64,000 nt of DNA from the NCBI GenBank assembly GCA_964399865.1, contig CAYNRJ010000002.1, forward strand, positions 22,151-86,150. The letters are read 5' to 3'. Position 1 is the stretch's first letter; every line of letters starts with the position of its first letter. A program made the position numbers and the translations under genes. The stretch is from an uncultured Candidatus Saccharibacteria bacterium. GTDB taxonomy: Bacteria > Patescibacteriota > Minisyncoccia > Phycocordibacterales > UBA2100. Below the pieces are notes generated by a model, which saw nothing but the letters and a program-made list of their open reading frames with translations, made no database searches and was not told where the DNA came from. Below are positions 9,297 through 19,067 of this stretch, piece after piece.

Positions 9297-10376
9297 TCTA
9301 GTACATATTCAGTCCTCGTCGTAGGCACGGAAACCGGATTATTCTCGCGAGAAAGTAAGGCCTATGAGCGCACGCTTCGCTACGGGACATGCTTCTCTCG
9401 GCTCGATCTCATTGTGCTTTGCCGAAGAGGTGTCGCAGACGGACCATTCCAAATCTCGGAGAATACTCATGCATATCCGACTCTTTCTGAGAATCCTTTA
9501 TTTTTTGCATTTGATGCGCTCCGGATCGCACGGAAACTTGAAAAGCCAAACGTCATTACCGTACAAGATCCTTTTGAATCAGGTCTTGTGGGTTTCTTCC
9601 TTGCCCGCAAATGGCGCGTTCCACTCCATGTGCAAGTCCATACGGATTTTCTCTCGCCCGCTTTTGCTAGTCACTCTATTTTGAATCGCATCCGCGTTCG
9701 CATCGCGAGATTTGTACTAAAGCGTGCGGCGGGAGTCAGAGTTGTGGGAGAGAATGTTAAGAAGGCCCTTATTGCGGCAGGGTATGGAACGCAGGCTGAG
9801 TTTTCCGTTCTTCCTATATTCATCGATACGGAGCAGTTCCGAAATACACCTGTGAGCGAAGATCTCGCAAAAAAGTTTTCAAAGTTTCGCACGAAGATTC
9901 TTGTAGTGTCGCGACTTGAAGGTGAGAAAGATGTTTCTCTTGCGCTCACGAGTTTTGGAAAGGCTTCTCCAAAGAGCGCATGTCTCATAATCGTTGGAGA
10001 CGGACGTGAGAAAAAAATGCTGCAAAGACTTGCTCAAGCGCTCGGCGTGGAGAAGCGGGTATTTTTCGAGGGCACTCAGGATCCAAAGCAGTACTACGCA
10101 CTTGCTGACCTCGTACTCGCACCCTCAAGGTACGAAGGCTATGGAAGGACAATTATCGAAGGTCTCTCGGCGGGGAAGCCAGTACTCTCGACAGACGTAG
10201 GTATTGCGCGCGAAGCTGGCGCCATCGTGGTAGAACCAAGGCGTTTCTCTGAGGCACTTGCAGAGTGGCATAAAAATGGCCCAAAGACTGGTGAGTTAAT
10301 GAATTACCCATATCAAAGTTTCGATGCGTATGTGCGCGCGTACAGTGATGATATTGTGCGCTGTGTAAAAAACTGA
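9189..10376 (+). CDS. Glycosyltransferase family 4; start uncertain (ORF track opens at 9132)
   Basis: VLVVGTETG...EGYGRTIIEGLSAGKPVLSTDVG is a GT4 motif. Both candidate Met starts overlap the divergent deacetylase gene by more than 100 bp, and I saw no obvious ATG/GTG/TTG start inside the non-overlapping part. Confidence 0.65.
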   Translation, partial: TMVEQDLQTSSGEYPDNAGDSAHAPQSVQNSLHDGHSSTYSVLVVGTETGLFSRESKAYERTLRYGTCFSRLDLIVLCRRGVADGPFQISENTHAYPTLSENPLFFAFDALRIARKLEKPNVITVQDPFESGLVGFFLARKWRVPLHVQVHTDFLSPAFASHSILNRIRVRIARFVLKRAAGVRVVGENVKKALIAAGYGTQAEFSVLPIFIDTEQFRNTPVSEDLAKKFSKFRTKILVVSRLEGEKDVSLALTSFGKASPKSACLIIVGDGREKKMLQRLAQALGVEKRVFFEGTQDPKQYYALADLVLAPSRYEGYGRTIIEGLSAGKPVLSTDVGIAREAGAIVVEPRRFSEALAEWHKNGPKTGELMNYPYQSFDAYVRAYSDDIVRCVKN

Positions 10377-10389
10377 AAACACTTCTGAT

Positions 10390-12222
10390 ATGAGAACCTT
10401 GTCCATAGTCGTACCTGCCTTTAACGAGGAGGGGACCATACGGCAGATACTGAATCTTCTGCTTGCTCAGCAATTGCCTGGGTGGGGGAAGGAGATCATT
10501 GTCGTAAACGACGCATCTACTGATCGCACGAAGGAAATCCTAAAAGAGTTTGAAGGGAAGGTGCGCGTAATTCATCTTGAGAAAAACAGCGGCAAGGGAA
10601 GTGCGGTCATGAATGGCTCTCGAGTTGCAACGGGCGATTACATTCTCGTGCAGGACGCAGATCTCGAATACGATCCAAAAGAAATTCCAGACCTCCTTCG
10701 CGCACTGGATGAGAAAAAGGGCGACGTCATTCATGGGTCACGCAATCTTCGTACACAAAAAAGAGAGGGAAGTTACCTGCGGCGAGCAGGCGTTTGGTTC
10801 CTCACGCAGTTATTCAACACGCTCTACGGCACTCGGCTCACAGATGCATGCGTGTGCTATCGACTCTTTCCGAAGTCCGCCGCTGTGCACTTTGGGGCAG
10901 GTCGCTTCGAATCAGAACTTCTTTTTTCCGCGAAAGCTGTGCGCGCGGGATACAAAATAGCAGAAGTGCCTGTTACCTATTCTCCACGCACGGTCGCGGA
11001 AGGAAAAAAGATCCAGTACCGTGACGGACTCATTGGTATATTCGCGCTTGTAGGCGATTGGGTTCGTAATTTGCCGAAAGTCGCTCTCTTCCTCTTTGGC
11101 GCGATTGTTGTTGCGACCGCGTTCATATTTTCCATGTCCGGAGTATTTAATGACAGGATCGACACAAATCTGTATGTCTCCCAAATTGAATCATTCCGCG
11201 GGCTTTTTAGTGATACACCGCAAGTAGTCACGGGGACTGATAATCAATTTGAGACTCTTGCCGATGAGCCGTGGAAGACGTTCAAACCTCTTTACATGGT
11301 TCTCGCGGCCCTCCTCACAGTATTCGTGCATCCATACGTAGCTATTCTTTCGATCAACCTTCTTCTTTTCGTCGGGCTCACATTCCTTACCTATGCATTC
11401 TTACGAGAGCTTGGGTTCCGCACGCGCTTTGCTGGAGCGGGAGCACTCTGGGTCGTATTCAGTTATCCGATGCTTAAATATGGTCTCGCACTCGGCACGG
11501 ATATCTCCGGATGGTTTTTCTCTGTTGCAACGATTGTGCTCATGCTTCGCGCCGTTCGCACAGATGATATCCGTCTTGTCGTGCTGGCATCTTTGGTTGG
11601 CTTTTTGGGATCTCTCGGAAAGGAAACAGGCGCGATGGGGCTAATCTTTGCAGGATTTTTCCTCTTGTGGCATTTCCGAGTCTGGAAGTTTTCCAAACTT
11701 GTTAAATGGCTCGCAGCTCTCTGTATTCCAGCGTTCGCCCTCCAAGGATTTCTTCTCATCGCGCTTGCTGAATCCAATGCGCCGACATTCGTCGATTGGT
11801 ACGTTCTCAATATTCAGGGACTCTTGGAGGATTTCTGGAAGCTCGCGTATCTCGTGGGAGTCGCTGGGTCCGCATTTAATGTGCTCTTGCCTCTAGCTCT
11901 CATTGGGTTTGTGATCGCGATATTTAGACGGGATATTTTCAAGAGATCGTGGGGGAAATATTACATACCACTTTTCCTTGCTGCGCTCCCGGTTCTCCTC
12001 TGGCCCATCTTTATTTCCCGCGTTCTATTCATCCAGTTCATCTTTTTTGTGCCCCTTGCGCTCTATGCCGTGGATGCCATTTCCACGCGTTTCGGAGCTC
12101 GTTTTCCTGCTCTTCCATACATCCTTTTGGCCCTACCACCTGCGGTCAGCATCGCCCTCTTTGGCCTAAGCGGAAATGGCTCATTATTTGACGTTTTTGG
12201 AAAAATCTTGCCTTTCGTGTAA
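10390..12222 (+). CDS. GT2 polyprenyl-phosphate-sugar synthase-like domain (GtrB/DPM1-like) fused to a C-terminal polytopic membrane domain
   Basis: N-terminal LSIVVPAFNEE...VNDASTDRT...QDADLEYDP carries the GT2 DxD motifs. The last 370 aa or so are predicted multi-TM. Confidence 0.7.
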   Translation: MRTLSIVVPAFNEEGTIRQILNLLLAQQLPGWGKEIIVVNDASTDRTKEILKEFEGKVRVIHLEKNSGKGSAVMNGSRVATGDYILVQDADLEYDPKEIPDLLRALDEKKGDVIHGSRNLRTQKREGSYLRRAGVWFLTQLFNTLYGTRLTDACVCYRLFPKSAAVHFGAGRFESELLFSAKAVRAGYKIAEVPVTYSPRTVAEGKKIQYRDGLIGIFALVGDWVRNLPKVALFLFGAIVVATAFIFSMSGVFNDRIDTNLYVSQIESFRGLFSDTPQVVTGTDNQFETLADEPWKTFKPLYMVLAALLTVFVHPYVAILSINLLLFVGLTFLTYAFLRELGFRTRFAGAGALWVVFSYPMLKYGLALGTDISGWFFSVATIVLMLRAVRTDDIRLVVLASLVGFLGSLGKETGAMGLIFAGFFLLWHFRVWKFSKLVKWLAALCIPAFALQGFLLIALAESNAPTFVDWYVLNIQGLLEDFWKLAYLVGVAGSAFNVLLPLALIGFVIAIFRRDIFKRSWGKYYIPLFLAALPVLLWPIFISRVLFIQFIFFVPLALYAVDAISTRFGARFPALPYILLALPPAVSIALFGLSGNGSLFDVFGKILPFV

Positions 12223-12244
12223 TATAGCCAAACTTGAAATCCAT

Positions 12245-13126
12245 ATGAAGAAACCATTAATCGGATTTATAGGACAAGGGTGGATCGGAAAGGCATACTC
12301 CGACAATTTCGAAGATCGCGGCTACGAAGTCGTGCGTTACTCGCTCGAGAAGCCGTACGTCCAAAATAAGGACAAGATTAAAGACTGCGACATCGTCTTT
12401 ATTGCTGTCTGGACTCCGACGACGCCGAAAGGTTTTGATACATCGGTTGTTCGCAGTGTCTTGCCACTCGTAGGCAAAGGAAAGATCGCGGTCATCAAAT
12501 CAACGATCCTTCCGGGCACAACAAATATGCTCCAGGAAAAATTCCCGGACATCATCGTGCTCAACAGCCCTGAATTCCTTTCGATCTCTTCGCACGTGCA
12601 CGATGCGGCGCATCCATTCGTAAATCTCATTGGTCTTCCTGTGCAGGACGCAAAACACTATCGTGCAGCTGAGCAGGTCCTCAGAATAATTCCGCGCGCG
12701 CCATATTCTGATATTTGTAAGAGCGTTGAGGCGGAGATCTTCAAGTACACGCACAATGCGAGCGGGTACACACAGGTCATCCTTTTCAACATCATGTACG
12801 AGATCGCGGAAAACATGGGAGCAAGTTGGGACGTCATCAACCGCGCGATACAAGTAGACCCACTCATTTCAAAACGTTATTCCAATCCGGTACATAAAAG
12901 CGGACGCGGTGCAGGAGGCGGCTGCTTTATCAAGGATGTTGCTGCACTTCGCACACATGTGAAGAAAGCTTTGCCAGGTAATAAGAACGCACTCAAGGTT
13001 CTCGAAGCAATGGAGGCAAAGAACATCGAACTTCTTACGTCCACAAACAAAGACCTCGATCTTCTTGAAGGCGTATACGGAAAAAAGGTATTGAAAAATA
13101 AGAAGGCGAAGGGTCGTAAAAAGTGA
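12245..13126 (+). CDS. UDP-glucose/GDP-mannose dehydrogenase family protein, short form of about 293 aa
   Basis: GFIGQGWIGKAY NAD-binding motif. VIKSTILPGTT matches the family KSTVPxGT motif. GRGAGGGCFIKD matches the catalytic-Cys motif GFGGSCFxKD. The C-terminal UDP-binding domain appears to be absent. Confidence 0.55.
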   Translation: MKKPLIGFIGQGWIGKAYSDNFEDRGYEVVRYSLEKPYVQNKDKIKDCDIVFIAVWTPTTPKGFDTSVVRSVLPLVGKGKIAVIKSTILPGTTNMLQEKFPDIIVLNSPEFLSISSHVHDAAHPFVNLIGLPVQDAKHYRAAEQVLRIIPRAPYSDICKSVEAEIFKYTHNASGYTQVILFNIMYEIAENMGASWDVINRAIQVDPLISKRYSNPVHKSGRGAGGGCFIKDVAALRTHVKKALPGNKNALKVLEAMEAKNIELLTSTNKDLDLLEGVYGKKVLKNKKAKGRKK

Positions 13127-13138
13127 GATACTGCCCTC

Positions 13139-14164
13139 ATGCGGCTTCTCATCTGTACTCAAGCAGTAGATAGAAACGAGCCGGTCCTCGGCTTCATGCA
13201 TCGCTGGATCGAAGAGATCGCCAAAAGGAGCGAACATGTTGTCGTTATTTGTTTACGAGGAGGGGAGAGATCACTTCCAAAAAATGTAGAAGTTATCGTC
13301 CTCGGTGAGAGGATGAAATTCCTCCGCGCTCTCGAAGTGTGCTCGATTGCGCTTTCTCGGCGCGGCGAGTACGACAATGTGTTTGTGCACATGAATCAGG
13401 AATACATTCTCGCTGCAGGATGGCTGTGGAAACTCCTTGGAAAGAAAATGTATATGTGGCGCAATCACTATGCGGGGAACAAACTCACGGATATCGCGGC
13501 CGCGTTTTGTACAAAAGTATTCTGTACCTCACGATTTTCATACACAGCAAAATATAAAAAGACTACCCTCATGCCGGTTGGTGTGGATGCGGGTCGTTTC
13601 GCACCTGTTTCTGGCGTTACTCGCGTTCCTAACTCAATTCTCTTTCTCGCGCGTCTCGCTCCGTCAAAGCGTGTCCATATATTCGTCGAGGCGATGTCTC
13701 GGATCCTAAAGGGTAGTGTTTCCTTCACTGCCTCCATTTATGGTTCACCGCTTAAAGTTGACGAGGGTTATGCAATAGGATTAAAGGAGAAAGTGCAAAA
13801 GGACGGACTCTCAGGAATTGTTACTTTTGCTTCGCAGATCGCGAATCACGAGACGCCGAAGGTTTACAGCGCACACGATATTTTCGTAAATCTCTCGCCA
13901 TCGGGCATGTACGACAAGACGATATTCGAAGCGGCCGCGTGCGGCGCGCTCGTAGTCGCGTCGAGCGGAGATTTCGCAGATCATGTCGATCCGCGGCTAG
14001 TGTTTAAAGATAACGACGCTGAAGACCTCTCTAAGAAACTCGGCGCTCTCCTCGCGCTTCCAGAAAGTGATAGAGAGGGATTGCGCCGCTCTCTCTCGGT
14101 TCTCGTACAGAAGAATACTCTTCCGTCCCTTATGGATCGTCTCGTAGCAGAGATGGCAAAATAG
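13139..14164 (+). CDS. Glycosyltransferase, GT4-like
   Basis: Weak GT-B group 1 pattern; C-terminal AAACGALVVAS. Confidence 0.55.
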   Translation: MRLLICTQAVDRNEPVLGFMHRWIEEIAKRSEHVVVICLRGGERSLPKNVEVIVLGERMKFLRALEVCSIALSRRGEYDNVFVHMNQEYILAAGWLWKLLGKKMYMWRNHYAGNKLTDIAAAFCTKVFCTSRFSYTAKYKKTTLMPVGVDAGRFAPVSGVTRVPNSILFLARLAPSKRVHIFVEAMSRILKGSVSFTASIYGSPLKVDEGYAIGLKEKVQKDGLSGIVTFASQIANHETPKVYSAHDIFVNLSPSGMYDKTIFEAAACGALVVASSGDFADHVDPRLVFKDNDAEDLSKKLGALLALPESDREGLRRSLSVLVQKNTLPSLMDRLVAEMAK

Positions 14165-14165
14165 T

Positions 14166-15932
14166 ATGTGTGGAATTTTAGGCATTACAGGCAAGCAGAA
14201 TGCACTCGCGGAGGAGGCACTGAAAACATTTTCATACCGCGGTCCAGATGCGACGGCAGTTCTCTCGGATGAGCGCGCAACCCTCGGACACAATCGGCTT
14301 TCCATCATCGATCTTGATAAAAAGGCGAATCAGCCAATGTCAGGCGCGGACGACACGCTTCGCATTGTTTTTAACGGGGAAATATACAACTACAAAGAAA
14401 TTCGCAGTGAATTAGAGAAGAAGGGTCACAAATTCCATACGAAATCCGATACCGAGGTCCTAATTTATGCCTACAAGGAGTGGGGGAAGGAGATGGTCAC
14501 GCGCCTGCGCGGTATGTACGCCATTGCCATTCACGATCGTGGCGCAGATAAGCTCATTCTTTTTACGGATTACTCCAACATGAAGCCGATCTTCTACGCG
14601 ACTGTGGGAGGTTCGTTCGCGTTCTCATCGGAGCTGAAAGGTATCGTGCACATGCTTAAGAAGACACACGTGCCTGTCGAGGTGGACAAAGATTCACTGG
14701 ATCTCTATTGGGCGCTCGGGTATGTCCCGACACCTCGCACGATTTATCGCGGAATCTCACGCATGCCGCGACGAACAATTCTCACAGTGGAACTCAAAAC
14801 TGGCGAGTTTTCGGAAGTGCAGTATGGAAAGCCAAGTGTCGCTGCGCCGACAGAAGATAATCTCAAAGCTCTCATCGAAAAGAAAGTTGAACAGCATCTT
14901 ATTGCGGACGTCCCGGTCGGCCTCTTTTTCTCTGGAGGTACTGATTCGTCTGTAATCGCTGCAGTCCTCAAAAAGCTCGGCGTCCGACTCGAGGCATTTA
15001 GTTTGGAAATATCGGCGCGTCCAGAAGATCGCGAGTATTTCGAGAAGATCGCACAGCACATGGATCTTTCGATTCACAAATCATTCTTCGGTCCGAAAGA
15101 ATTCGACGAGATATACCCTACCGTTTCAAAGTTTATTGATGAACCATTCGCAGATAGTTCGCTCTTCCCGACGTATTTCATCTCCCGCGAAGCGGCGAAG
15201 AAGGTAAAAGTAGTGCTCTCAGGAGATGGCGGTGACGAGTATTTCCTGGGGTATCCACGAAGTGTCGTCTTAAGTCGCATGGCGAAAGCCCCGCTTGATG
15301 GCGAGATGACCTGGCTCGATGCGCTTTACATAAAGACTCCGCGCTTCAGGAAAAAGGTAGGACTATTCGAAAAGCTCTTTGCGATATTCCGTCAACCGAT
15401 TTCGTATTACCTTCTCACCATGTCGCCGACGAAGGATTTCCTAAATCCAGTACAGTGGAAAGCCGCAAAGCGTGTGCTCGCGAGCCGTACATCAGCACCG
15501 ATTTCGCTCGATGCCGATAATTATCTTGAGAACGATTTATTGAGGAAAGCAGATCTCGCGACGATGTACAACTCCATCGAAGGTCGTATTCCGCTCCTTG
15601 ATCCTGATGTTACGGCCGCCGCAGAAACTGCCATGCGATCACGTGTGCCGCTCAAAGAGAAAAAGCCGCTTTTAAAGAAGATCCTTGCAACGTATCTCCC
15701 GCCGGAATTGGTGTATCGAGGAAAGCGTGGTTTCGGTTTGGATATGGGAGTCTTTTTCTCAGAATCAAAAGTTTTGAAGGGGGAATTGGAAGCCGCGCTC
15801 GCGTTTCTGGCCCTTAAAGAGATACTCCCGTCAAAAGAGTTATTGCCACTTCCGGAGCTTACACTTCGACGTCCACAGCTCTGTTGGCAAATACTTATGC
15901 TCTATCACGCCATAAAGAACGCAGGAATTTAG
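14166..15932 (+). CDS. asnB: Asparagine synthase (glutamine-hydrolysing)-family amidotransferase
   Basis: N-terminal MCGI Ntn-hydrolase Cys nucleophile. SGGTDSS PP-loop. About 590 aa. AsnB paralogs such as WbpS are common in glycan loci. Confidence 0.85.
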   Translation: MCGILGITGKQNALAEEALKTFSYRGPDATAVLSDERATLGHNRLSIIDLDKKANQPMSGADDTLRIVFNGEIYNYKEIRSELEKKGHKFHTKSDTEVLIYAYKEWGKEMVTRLRGMYAIAIHDRGADKLILFTDYSNMKPIFYATVGGSFAFSSELKGIVHMLKKTHVPVEVDKDSLDLYWALGYVPTPRTIYRGISRMPRRTILTVELKTGEFSEVQYGKPSVAAPTEDNLKALIEKKVEQHLIADVPVGLFFSGGTDSSVIAAVLKKLGVRLEAFSLEISARPEDREYFEKIAQHMDLSIHKSFFGPKEFDEIYPTVSKFIDEPFADSSLFPTYFISREAAKKVKVVLSGDGGDEYFLGYPRSVVLSRMAKAPLDGEMTWLDALYIKTPRFRKKVGLFEKLFAIFRQPISYYLLTMSPTKDFLNPVQWKAAKRVLASRTSAPISLDADNYLENDLLRKADLATMYNSIEGRIPLLDPDVTAAAETAMRSRVPLKEKKPLLKKILATYLPPELVYRGKRGFGLDMGVFFSESKVLKGELEAALAFLALKEILPSKELLPLPELTLRRPQLCWQILMLYHAIKNAGI

Positions 15933-15933
15933 T

Positions 15934-17001
15934 ATGGAAAACAAAACCATTCTTTTTTTCATTAATGCACTTGCGGTGGGTGGTGCGGAGAAGGTATTCA
16001 TTAAGCAAGCCGAGGCGCTCCGGAAGTCGGGATGGAATGTGCATTTTGCACTCGTTTTCCGAGAAGGTGATCTGCGCTCCAATCTCTCTCTTCCGAAAGA
16101 AAACGTGCACGTGCTCGGTATGCGTTCAATCTTCGATATTTTTGGGTATCTTCGAGCTCGTTCTCTTATTTCCAAACTGCGCCCGAATATCGTGTATTCC
16201 ACGCTGAATGAAGCGAACGCGATCGCGCGCATACTTTCGCTGATCTCGCCTCGCTACGCACTCATCACTCGCGAAGCGAACATGGCGGACATAAAGCCGT
16301 CGATTTATAAGACTCTCGATAAACTTCTCGGGTCGCGTTCGAAGGTGATAATCGCGGTGTCCGAAGCGGTGAAGGATTCACTCGCCGCATATGCGCCATA
16401 CCTCAAGGCGCGCACGAAGGTTCTCTATAACTCCGTAAATGTCCCAAGTGAAGCGCCAAATCGAGAATGGCCGCGAGGCGGGGATGTTAAGTTGCTTTCT
16501 GTGGGAAGTCTCGATGAGAAAAAGGACCACGAAATTCTCATACGAGCGCTTGCCCATCTTCCAGAACGATTTCACCTCACGATCATTGGGAAGGGGAAGC
16601 TTTTGTCGAAGCTTGAGAATGTCGCGGACAAAGTTGGCGTGCGAGGCCGTGTTAATTTCATGGGCGGAATTTCACCAAAAGATATGCCAGCACAATACGC
16701 AGCGCATCATCTATTTGTGCTTCCATCAAAACGCGAAGGATGTCCAAACGTTGTCCTCGAAGCGTATGCCGCCGCTCTGCCCGTCGTGGCGTTTGACATT
16801 CCTGGGATGAGCGAATTTGTCACCGAAAGTGCAGGAATTCTCGTGAAGGAACGAAACCCGCAAACTCTCGCCTCTGCCATCGAGCAAATAACCGAATCAG
16901 AGGAGAAGCTTCAGCAGATGGGGCAGGCAGGTTACGAACTTGTGAAAAAGGACTATACTCTAGAGAAGAAAGTGGGAGAGCTCGAGTCAATTATTAAATA
17001 G
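15934..17001 (+). CDS. Glycosyltransferase family 4
   Basis: N-terminal VGGAEKVF. C-terminal KREGCPNVVLEAYAAALPVVAFD (EX7E). Confidence 0.8.
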   Translation: MENKTILFFINALAVGGAEKVFIKQAEALRKSGWNVHFALVFREGDLRSNLSLPKENVHVLGMRSIFDIFGYLRARSLISKLRPNIVYSTLNEANAIARILSLISPRYALITREANMADIKPSIYKTLDKLLGSRSKVIIAVSEAVKDSLAAYAPYLKARTKVLYNSVNVPSEAPNREWPRGGDVKLLSVGSLDEKKDHEILIRALAHLPERFHLTIIGKGKLLSKLENVADKVGVRGRVNFMGGISPKDMPAQYAAHHLFVLPSKREGCPNVVLEAYAAALPVVAFDIPGMSEFVTESAGILVKERNPQTLASAIEQITESEEKLQQMGQAGYELVKKDYTLEKKVGELESIIK

Positions 17002-17019
17002 AACACACCTAGTAAGGTT

Positions 17020-17877
17020 ATGGTGTCCATTTGGTCAAAAATCGTAGCAGTCTTTACCTCCCTGCTTATCACTGTTGGGATCTACACAAATCCCACAGAA
17101 ACAATTCCTGTACAGCCCGAACCGAATACAGTTGTTGAAGAAATGGACAAGACTTTACCAACGCAAACCACTGATGAAAAATTGCCGATCCAAATCGCAG
17201 GGGATTCAATTAAAGTAGATGAAGTTCAGTGGGCTTTCGTCGTAAATAATACGCCCGTAACATCCGTGCCTTCCGCAAATTCGGAATGGGCTATTCGAAT
17301 AACAATACCGTCTTTACAATCGGGAGGTCTCGTATTTAGTACAGAGGATTGGATGGAGTCCCCATCAGTATACGAGAAACAATTGTTGAATCTAAGAAAT
17401 AATTTATTAAACAGTAAGAGTGCAGATATTGCTCGTTGGAACCAGATAATTGCAAGCGGCGAGGCAGACAATGTGATCGCACAAATTCGAGTCGAAATTC
17501 TCCAAATCGATGGACCGCTCGGAGAACGCAAACAAGCGTCGTCCTCTAAGACGCTATTTGAAGGATTGCTGCGAGATAATGCTCAAATCTGGGGGATGCT
17601 TGGAAAGACAGCGACGCCAGAACAATTAAAGGTTTTAGAACCCCTATGGGAGTCCCTTATCTCTATTTCGGAGGCCAAACTATTTATTCTTGATCGTCAT
17701 GTGCAGGTCAAACAAAAATTGATCGCCGCGATAGATTCGAATGATATAGAAAATATACTTGTCGCCGAACGCGACGATAAGACCATGGAACTCATATATT
17801 CGTGGCACGTAGACGGCTACAACAAGCTGAATGATAAGGAGCTTGCTTTGAAGAAAGGTTTCGGTCTCCCGAATTGA
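17020..17877 (+). CDS. Hypothetical N-terminally anchored or secreted protein
   Basis: Single N-terminal hydrophobic segment; no motif I recognise. Visibly AT-richer than the neighbouring GT genes. Confidence 0.5.
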   Translation: MVSIWSKIVAVFTSLLITVGIYTNPTETIPVQPEPNTVVEEMDKTLPTQTTDEKLPIQIAGDSIKVDEVQWAFVVNNTPVTSVPSANSEWAIRITIPSLQSGGLVFSTEDWMESPSVYEKQLLNLRNNLLNSKSADIARWNQIIASGEADNVIAQIRVEILQIDGPLGERKQASSSKTLFEGLLRDNAQIWGMLGKTATPEQLKVLEPLWESLISISEAKLFILDRHVQVKQKLIAAIDSNDIENILVAERDDKTMELIYSWHVDGYNKLNDKELALKKGFGLPN

Positions 17878-17893
17878 GAGTAGGGTGCAGGGA

Positions 17894-17946
17894 TCATTTC
17901 TTCTCCTCGTGATATTCCTCCTCGGTGTTGATGGCCCAGAGGTTTG
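17894..17946. repeat. Direct repeat copy 1 (53 bp, 2 mismatches versus 19015..19067); an orphan duplicate of the 3' coding end of the FAD-oxidoreductase gene
   Basis: The minus strand reads (T)[16 protein letters not shown] followed by a stop, identical to the C-terminus of the 19015..20604 gene. It lies immediately downstream of, and in frame with, the stop of the 17948..18958 gene. Confidence 0.85.
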
Positions 17947-17947
17947 T

Positions 17948-18958
17948 TTATGGAGTCAGACGCCGATCAGTGAATAATCGTTTGAGTAGTCCGAAAAGTG
18001 TTGTCTCGCCACGTCCGAAAAAGAGTAGAAGAATCGCGGAGCAATAGACAACAAAGTCTTCGACTTCCCACACATGTGATTGAATGAGCATGGCAGTGAC
18101 AGACGCCATAAAGAAAAGCGAGATAAAGATTGTTGTTATTCGTGGCACGTAGCCGAGTATAAAGACGATTCCAAAAAGCATTTCAGCAAAACCAGTACTT
18201 AATACAAACAGGTTATCGGAAAACCACGGGAAGAGAGGCATCATAAAGTTCCACGGGTGTTCAGCAAGGAATTGCAAACTCCATTCGGGATACAGTAATT
18301 TCTCTGTAAAGGCGAGGGTAATGAGTGAAATCCCCGTACCAATTCGCACGATATCTAAGGCGTATATTTTAAGAAACGCGGGTATCGATTTGGTTGATGA
18401 GTGAATAATGAAAAAGTACGCGGCCAGTGAAAATAGAATCGCGTTTTCAAGCACAGCCTCAAGACCGTGAGGGAGTGTTACAAGCGCACATAGAATTAAA
18501 AGGCAGGCAGTTGCAATGCGGGGGAAGAGATTCAAAATAAGCAAAATTCCGATAACAATTTGTGCGACTTTCAGGACGACAAGAACCGGATCGTTTACTT
18601 CAATCGATGGCATTATGACAACGTTCCAGAAAAGACCAACGCTCACCAGAAAAATACCGAGCACAGCCTGTGCAACTCGATTAATGATGTTTCTGTGGGT
18701 TGCTACGAATACTTCAAGCGTACGTATTGGCCGCGAATGTGCATCTATGAATAGTGCAGCAATTATCACAATCAACCCGATTGCACACCATGCTAAGACT
18801 TCAGGGCTTTGCCATGAGTAAAAATCAATCGTCCCATGCTTGCCTTCAATAATCTCTTCGCTCTCTTCTACGAGCCACTTTGCATGCGCGAGTGCAATCG
18901 CAGGTATGCTCAAAATTGCAACTACCGAAGCAGAGAAGACTTTTATACCTATTTTCAT
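17948..18958 (-). CDS. Hypothetical polytopic integral membrane protein (at least 8 TM helices)
   Basis: Hydrophobic throughout; no recognisable catalytic motif. About 42 to 45% GC by eye versus about 52% in the flanks. Bracketed by the 53-bp direct repeats. Confidence 0.6.
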   Translation of the reverse strand: MKIGIKVFSASVVAILSIPAIALAHAKWLVEESEEIIEGKHGTIDFYSWQSPEVLAWCAIGLIVIIAALFIDAHSRPIRTLEVFVATHRNIINRVAQAVLGIFLVSVGLFWNVVIMPSIEVNDPVLVVLKVAQIVIGILLILNLFPRIATACLLILCALVTLPHGLEAVLENAILFSLAAYFFIIHSSTKSIPAFLKIYALDIVRIGTGISLITLAFTEKLLYPEWSLQFLAEHPWNFMMPLFPWFSDNLFVLSTGFAEMLFGIVFILGYVPRITTIFISLFFMASVTAMLIQSHVWEVEDFVVYCSAILLLFFGRGETTLFGLLKRLFTDRRLTP

Positions 18959-19014
18959 TCCAATATCTTAACACCACATAACCACATAAGATGGGTAAAA
19001 GCAGACAGTAACAC

Positions 19015-19067
19015 TCACTTCTTCTCCTCGTGATACTCCTCCTCGGTGTTGATGGCCCAGAGGTTTG
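19015..19067. repeat. Direct repeat copy 2; the functional 3' end of the FAD-oxidoreductase CDS
   Basis: TCACTTCTTCTCCTCGTGATACTCCTCCTCGGTGTTGATGGCCCAGAGGTTTG. Matches 17894..17946 except for two C/T differences. Confidence 0.85.
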
